A DNA stretch of 64,000 nt, taken from Phoronis australis. Lineage: Eukaryota; Animalia; Phoronida. Shown in pieces: positions 58,647 through 64,000 of this stretch. Each line of letters starts with the position of its first letter. The first letter of the stretch is position 1. The DNA is taken from assembly GCA_002633005.1 (NCBI GenBank), contig NMRA01000026.1, positions 829,073-893,072 of the forward strand, given 5' to 3'. The notes below the pieces were generated by a model, which had not been told where the DNA came from, did no database searches, and saw only the letters and a list, made by a program, of their open reading frames with translations. The position numbers were made by a program, and so were the translations under genes.

Positions 58647-61614
58647 GAAATCGACTTGTCATATGGTGTGTCATTTAATAGGCCCAGTATGGCCTTAAGG
58701 AATATCCCACTATAGGGCCTTCACTAATCCAGGAATCACTTCCTATCTAAGTAAGGAACAAATACATAACAATTTTATAACGGTAATTGATCAGCACCAG
58801 AAGTTCAGGTCTTTGACAAATATGGGCTTGTAGCTGCTGTAAATTCGAGACACTGGAAAATTGATTATGGTGAAAATTATACAACTGACATGTTACGCAT
58901 AATTCTTCTAAAAATAAGGGCTGATATTTGAAAATCGGAAACAGTTGCAATCAGCCATTGAGATTTAAACGAATTTATGGAATAAAAAATTATGGAAAAC
59001 TCTTTATTGCAATGAAATCTCAACAAATTTGAACGAAATAATCGCCACAATCGCCCGTTTTTCATTTCACGGGGTTCTATTGATGTGAATGTCCACAGTT
59101 TTTGGAAATGTTGTCCTACTACAGCCACAGCATTACACTTGAAAACGGTAAAGTAGCAATTTGGATTTATTTTTTATGAAAACAATGAGAAAATAGATTT
59201 GCATCCTCATTTTGTTAAGTCCTAAATTAATGACATTGTATGGAATAGGAAAACAAAAGCACCATGAAGCCTGACAAGCACTTGTTGGTTAATCGTAAAT
59301 GGTGTGCTGTTTCAGACACTTATCAGTTTCATGTAAGACAATTAAACTACTTAACCAATTTAGTTACCAGGAAGACCAGCAGTAATTACAATAGGGGAAA
59401 AATACTGGTACCTCATTTCTACCAGCTAGCATGGAAAAATCAGTTTGATCCAAGGTGTCCTGGATAAAAACGCATTTTACAAATTTCATGAAGCTTCTAA
59501 GCAGAGGGTCTCTATATCCTTTCGCACTGGCTCCTAAGTTTCGGTCTATGGGAACACTGAACTTCGGTCTTGAATCCTGGGTTAACAGCAAGAATTTGCT
59601 CCGGAGCAAAGAGGTGAATTTAACCATGAAGTGTTGGTGCTTCGTGGTAACACTTCCTTCGATACCAACAGAGTTATCAGCAGGAGTCGATGCATTTGCC
59701 AACAGCGGATGGTAACTGGTACTTGTTAATATTTTGTTCTAACATTTATTATTTTGGCAGATAAGCATTCTGTTTCTACATGTCCATGCATTTGGAGGAT
59801 TCTTTACATTATAAAATCTTTGAATTTTTTTTAATACAAAACAAGTTCTTGCGAAACGTCATACCGCCTTTTTACATCAGGTGTTTGCCTACTCAAGAGT
59901 CACTTCTTTTAATACGTCATATTCTAAAACAGCGACGTTACGGCTTCGCAAAAGAGTTAAATAATCTAATAACAGAGTAATTGAGTGCAATATGCATCCA
60001 CATAAAAATATGTGGGCGCACCGTACATACTTGCAAAAGGCGAAAGTCAACATTGCGTCACCTTGCTATAACTTTGCAGAATTAGTTGTCTGAATAACTT
60101 GGAGCTGATGGAAACAGTAACGCTTAACTTTGCAGTTAAGTCAATATCAAAGCTTCGATAGAATTCACATGGTGGGAAAGGACCTAAAGACACCTGACAA
60201 TGATAGCAATACACACCCTCACAAGTCTGAAATTGTTCTGTCCTGAAGAACAGCCCATCTTATGTAAAGCAATCTTTCAAGTATGGAGTGATGGAATTGT
60301 TTATCACACGAACGAGTCATTACAGGTTTCTAAAAGTATCATATGGAATTGTGTCCATGAAGAAAACTTCATATCCAGTATAAAAATGTTTCATCTTTTC
60401 CTGTCTTATTTCCTAAACTCAAGGGATGATATAAGGGTGTTTTCCTACTGACTAAAATCCACAACTGGAAGTACCAGGTATGTTGTCGTAAACTGCGAAA
60501 TTGTCTTGAGCTTTCCCATTGGCTGCAGTACAACATTGAAGTTACTGCCTGGTTGTGGCAACATCCTCATAAGGTGATGTTGCAATTTTAAACTTAGAAG
60601 TTCAAAGTTTGTGTTATGTTTATACATGCAGACTTAATCATACATTCATGAAGCGTTTATTGTAGAACAATTAATGTTTGAACAAAAATTTCATAAAATA
60701 TGTCCTTGTTAGCAAAAAAAATTGCTGATAACTTCGACGACGCCAAAGTGAAGTGTGTCCACTATAATGCAGCCTTGATTCTTCGCTTTTTATCCACTAG
60801 CTTACTGTGAAGTAAATTTGAGCCGTTAATTTTAACTGGAGACCGAATTTTTAAGTGTTCCCATTGACCACTGCTCCCCTTAACCCATAAGTGTCAGTGA
60901 AAAAGGGCCACTTAATATGCTGGTATTTCTGCATTTTGAACATGTGCATTCAACTTCAATATAAGAGGAATAATGGAATTACCAATGACAATATTTATCA
61001 CATGACATAACCTGCTATTAATGTCTCTCACTGAATAAACTAATTTTCAACATGACTGGTATCAACCAACAACATGGCTAGTCATAACACCTAGAAAACA
61101 GCAAAAGCCCCAAAGCCCAAACAATGCCAGAGTTCTTGAATGGTGGTCTGCATAAGTATTCCCTTTTCACAAAACCAGCTTCATCTCAGCTTTTGATTCT
61201 ATGTGGTATGGCCACCGGATACTATAATTGACTCCAACTTACAGACATCTGTTCAAAGAATATAACTTACTGAGGTATCATATGATGTTCGCATTAAGGT
61301 CAAAATTGGACACAGGAAAAAATTATGATTCTATGGAATAAATGCAGGCTTCGGCATCACTGCGTACACTTAAGTTTTCTCAAATTCAAACAAATATCAT
61401 GGCCAAAACTGCTATTTTCTTCTTTTTCAAACACTCCTTGTATTTCCAAAAGTGTTCAAAATTGCATTGGATGTTTGTTGATGCCAGCCGTGCTATAAAA
61501 AAGTTCTCAAAAATAACCAACTATTGCTGCAAATTTTGATTGAATAATATTTTACCGTTACACCATATTGTGTTCCATTTTGAAGAAAGGTCGCCGTATT
61601 CAACAAGGGGGGGG

Positions 61615-62615
61615 CAGGGCTTCATCTAGGATTTCGAACATAGGGTGTCCAAAATGGGGTTCCCAATATTCCAGGGCGTCCATGATTCCAACGCCGCATT
61701 ACCCCCCCCCCCACCCCATTCACCAGTTACAATTAAAAAATGCGTTGAACAAGGCTTTTACACCTAAGTTTACAAAAACAGCTCCCTTGTATTGGGCTTT
61801 TTCAAGTACTAAAATACTGTTGGTCAAGACTTTTATGTTTAAATTTACGAAAACAGCCAAATAGCTTACCAAACGGGTATTACAGATATAACAGATATTG
61901 GTTGAACGATGAGTGCACTGTTTTTGGTCATCTCAAGTCAAATTCTGTTATAAAGTTTATTATATCAACTTCACTAGCTTTATATTCTGTACAATGAGTC
62001 ATCAAAGCTGCAGTTACCAACAAAAGAAAAATGCACAGATGATGTGTGGTTTATATTTTGACAACAGGTGTCACTGCTGCTCCATTTTAGACGCACATAG
62101 AAAAGCATGAAACAGGCGAAAACTCAAACATTTTAAATGGGGATATTCTTGCGGCACATCATATTATTAAAATAATGACATTTATTTTGCTTTTGGTATT
62201 TTTAAAAAAAGATGAAGTACATGAAATTACAGCTCTGAAACACCAGTTTGGAGTTAAGCAAGGTCCATGTCCCTATATAAAGTACAGAATGGCAGTGGCA
62301 TGTGAGTCTATTGAAAGCAGACACTCTGGCAACCAACCACGTGCTAATGATTGACAGGTCTACCAAATAGTTTGAAAATAGTTTGAATATTGCAACATTT
62401 TAAATACTTTGTATATCTCTTTCCCAGTTGAAAGGGCCAACTTCCCAATTTGATTAAGTGGGAGTTTTAGTAATCTTTCAATGTGGGTGTCCAAACTGGA
62501 GAAATTCTGATTGACAGGGCGTCCAAATGATACATTGGGCGTCCTTGCCAGGGCGTCTACATTAGTGCTAGGGCGTCCAAATGGACGCCCAGGACGTACG
62601 CTGCATGAAGGCCTG
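61615..62615. mobile_element. Non-autonomous hAT-like element (~1 kb) with a G8 target-site duplication
   Basis: CAGGGCTTCAT ... ATGAAGGCCTG termini, GGG(C/T)GTCC subterminal repeats at both ends, GGGGGGGG at 61607-61614 and 62616-62623. Confidence 0.75.
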
Positions 62616-63439
62616 GGGGGGGGAATATGTGGCAACCTGGAGGTACATTGTAATGCATAGAGGGAACAAACGAAACTGAAATGATTTTCAACCAGGGGGG
62701 CTTTTTTGCAGTGAACAGAGGGCACGACCCCGCTGTATCCTTTCCTGGCTAAGCCAGTGAATGCTGCAAATTGAGGCTACGGCTTGCCTGCATTTAACCA
62801 CGCAACGGTTTGAATTCACACACAGCTAAATAAGCTCTTCTTAAATTGTGTGATTTTTTGCTAAATAATGCATGATGAACTGGCGTGCATGCAGTGTTGA
62901 CCTCGGTTCAAACAGTAATCACTGGGGAGTTTTAAAAGCTGGTTAACTTAAATTCTTGCTAATGGCGAGTCACGTACCTTCAATGTGAACAAAACCCCAC
63001 TGCTTGTTAACCTGTATGCAGTGCCGGATTAGGGTTCCTTAGGATCCTAAGTTTTTAAAAACCTGGCGGCTATGGTAATTTTAGTCACATCCCATCCAGT
63101 AGCTACAATTTGACCTGTCACTCCCGATAAAAATTACGCTGCTTAAAAACAAACCAGCGGCATACCTTTAAGGATTACGGTCAGTCCGCCGCACTTATTT
63201 TGAACAAAAACAAATGCCAAAATAGTCATGTTTCCCTTAGTCAAAGGCCACTTACTAATTGCTACCAATAATGGAAACTTAACCACATGCTGTTTCATGA
63301 CACCTATACAGTACAAACCATGCTATAAAGCAATAATTGCAGGCGGTCTGGTACACGCTGTATCAGACATGCACAGGCCACTCAAGTGGGCCCCTTGCAC
63401 TGATCACTTGGCACCATTTTATGCTTTGTTAATTAATAT

Positions 63440-63566
63440 GTAGTTAAACCAAGCTGAGAAGCTAGAGACACCACCCAAGGGTCAAGCAGTGAGCCTCAGT
63501 GCGACGCGAACCCACGATTTTGGGTAAAGGAAGTGGACACATATTCCACTATGCCCCACTGCCTCC
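63440..63566 (-). mobile_element. tRNA-derived SINE fragment
   Basis: Minus strand GGAGGCAGTGGGGCATAGTGG (A box) ... GTGGGTTCGCGTC (B-box-like), then GCTTGACCCTTGGG. Confidence 0.45.
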
Positions 63567-64000
63567 TCACAAACCAACCTAGAAATAGACTAAATTTTCT
63601 TTATCATTATTTTTATGGTGAAATTTGATGACACAGAAATTCACTAGTTGGCCATATTGTGTGCTAAATAACTGAAGAATTATCGTATAGGTTCCTAGGA
63701 AAGAATATTCTACATCTTCCTATTCCAAGTCAAAAATAAACTAGGGGAAAATTATTTGGCAGTTCTAGACATAAGCTACACTTGATCGACTTCGCCAGTT
63801 CCGCCGAGTCACCTGGTTCAGACATCTGATTGGTTTTCGAAGACAACTGCCAGCTTGCAGACCAGTCAGATGTCTTAGAATCGATGGAGTCGCTCAAGAG
63901 CAGCTATTTTCAACAACAGAGTTCCTGCCGTGCATTAAACCAGCGATCACAAGCCAGTCTCTGGTGTCAATAAATCTCTGTCACAATTTTTCCTACGCCC

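Overview
AT-rich animal (probably invertebrate) genomic DNA with long introns and no prokaryotic features. Two immunoglobulin-superfamily cell-surface genes lie tail to tail. On the + strand is the 3' part of a DIP/Lachesin/IgLON-like gene (end of an Ig domain, 21-nt micro-exon, Ser/Thr stalk, GPI-type tail; about 1027-7163). On the - strand is a two-Ig Dpr/zwei-Ig-like gene (exons 33436 down to 16978, probable last exon 13607-13677; its 5' exons could not be fixed). The intron splitting the second Ig domain of the Dpr-like gene holds an intact, very young Ty3/Gypsy LTR retrotransposon (identical 145-bp LTRs, GGAAC TSD, PBS, PPT, one 1342-aa gag-pol ORF). That element is nested in a direct-repeat element carrying a conserved, covarying hairpin that contains AATAAA. 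The rest is intronic/intergenic DNA rich in non-autonomous DNA transposons (Kolobok-, Harbinger-, hAT- and Tc1/mariner-like), SINE heads and small tandem repeats. N-joins mark probable haplotype/assembly artefacts. All family assignments come from motif recognition by eye, not from database searches.
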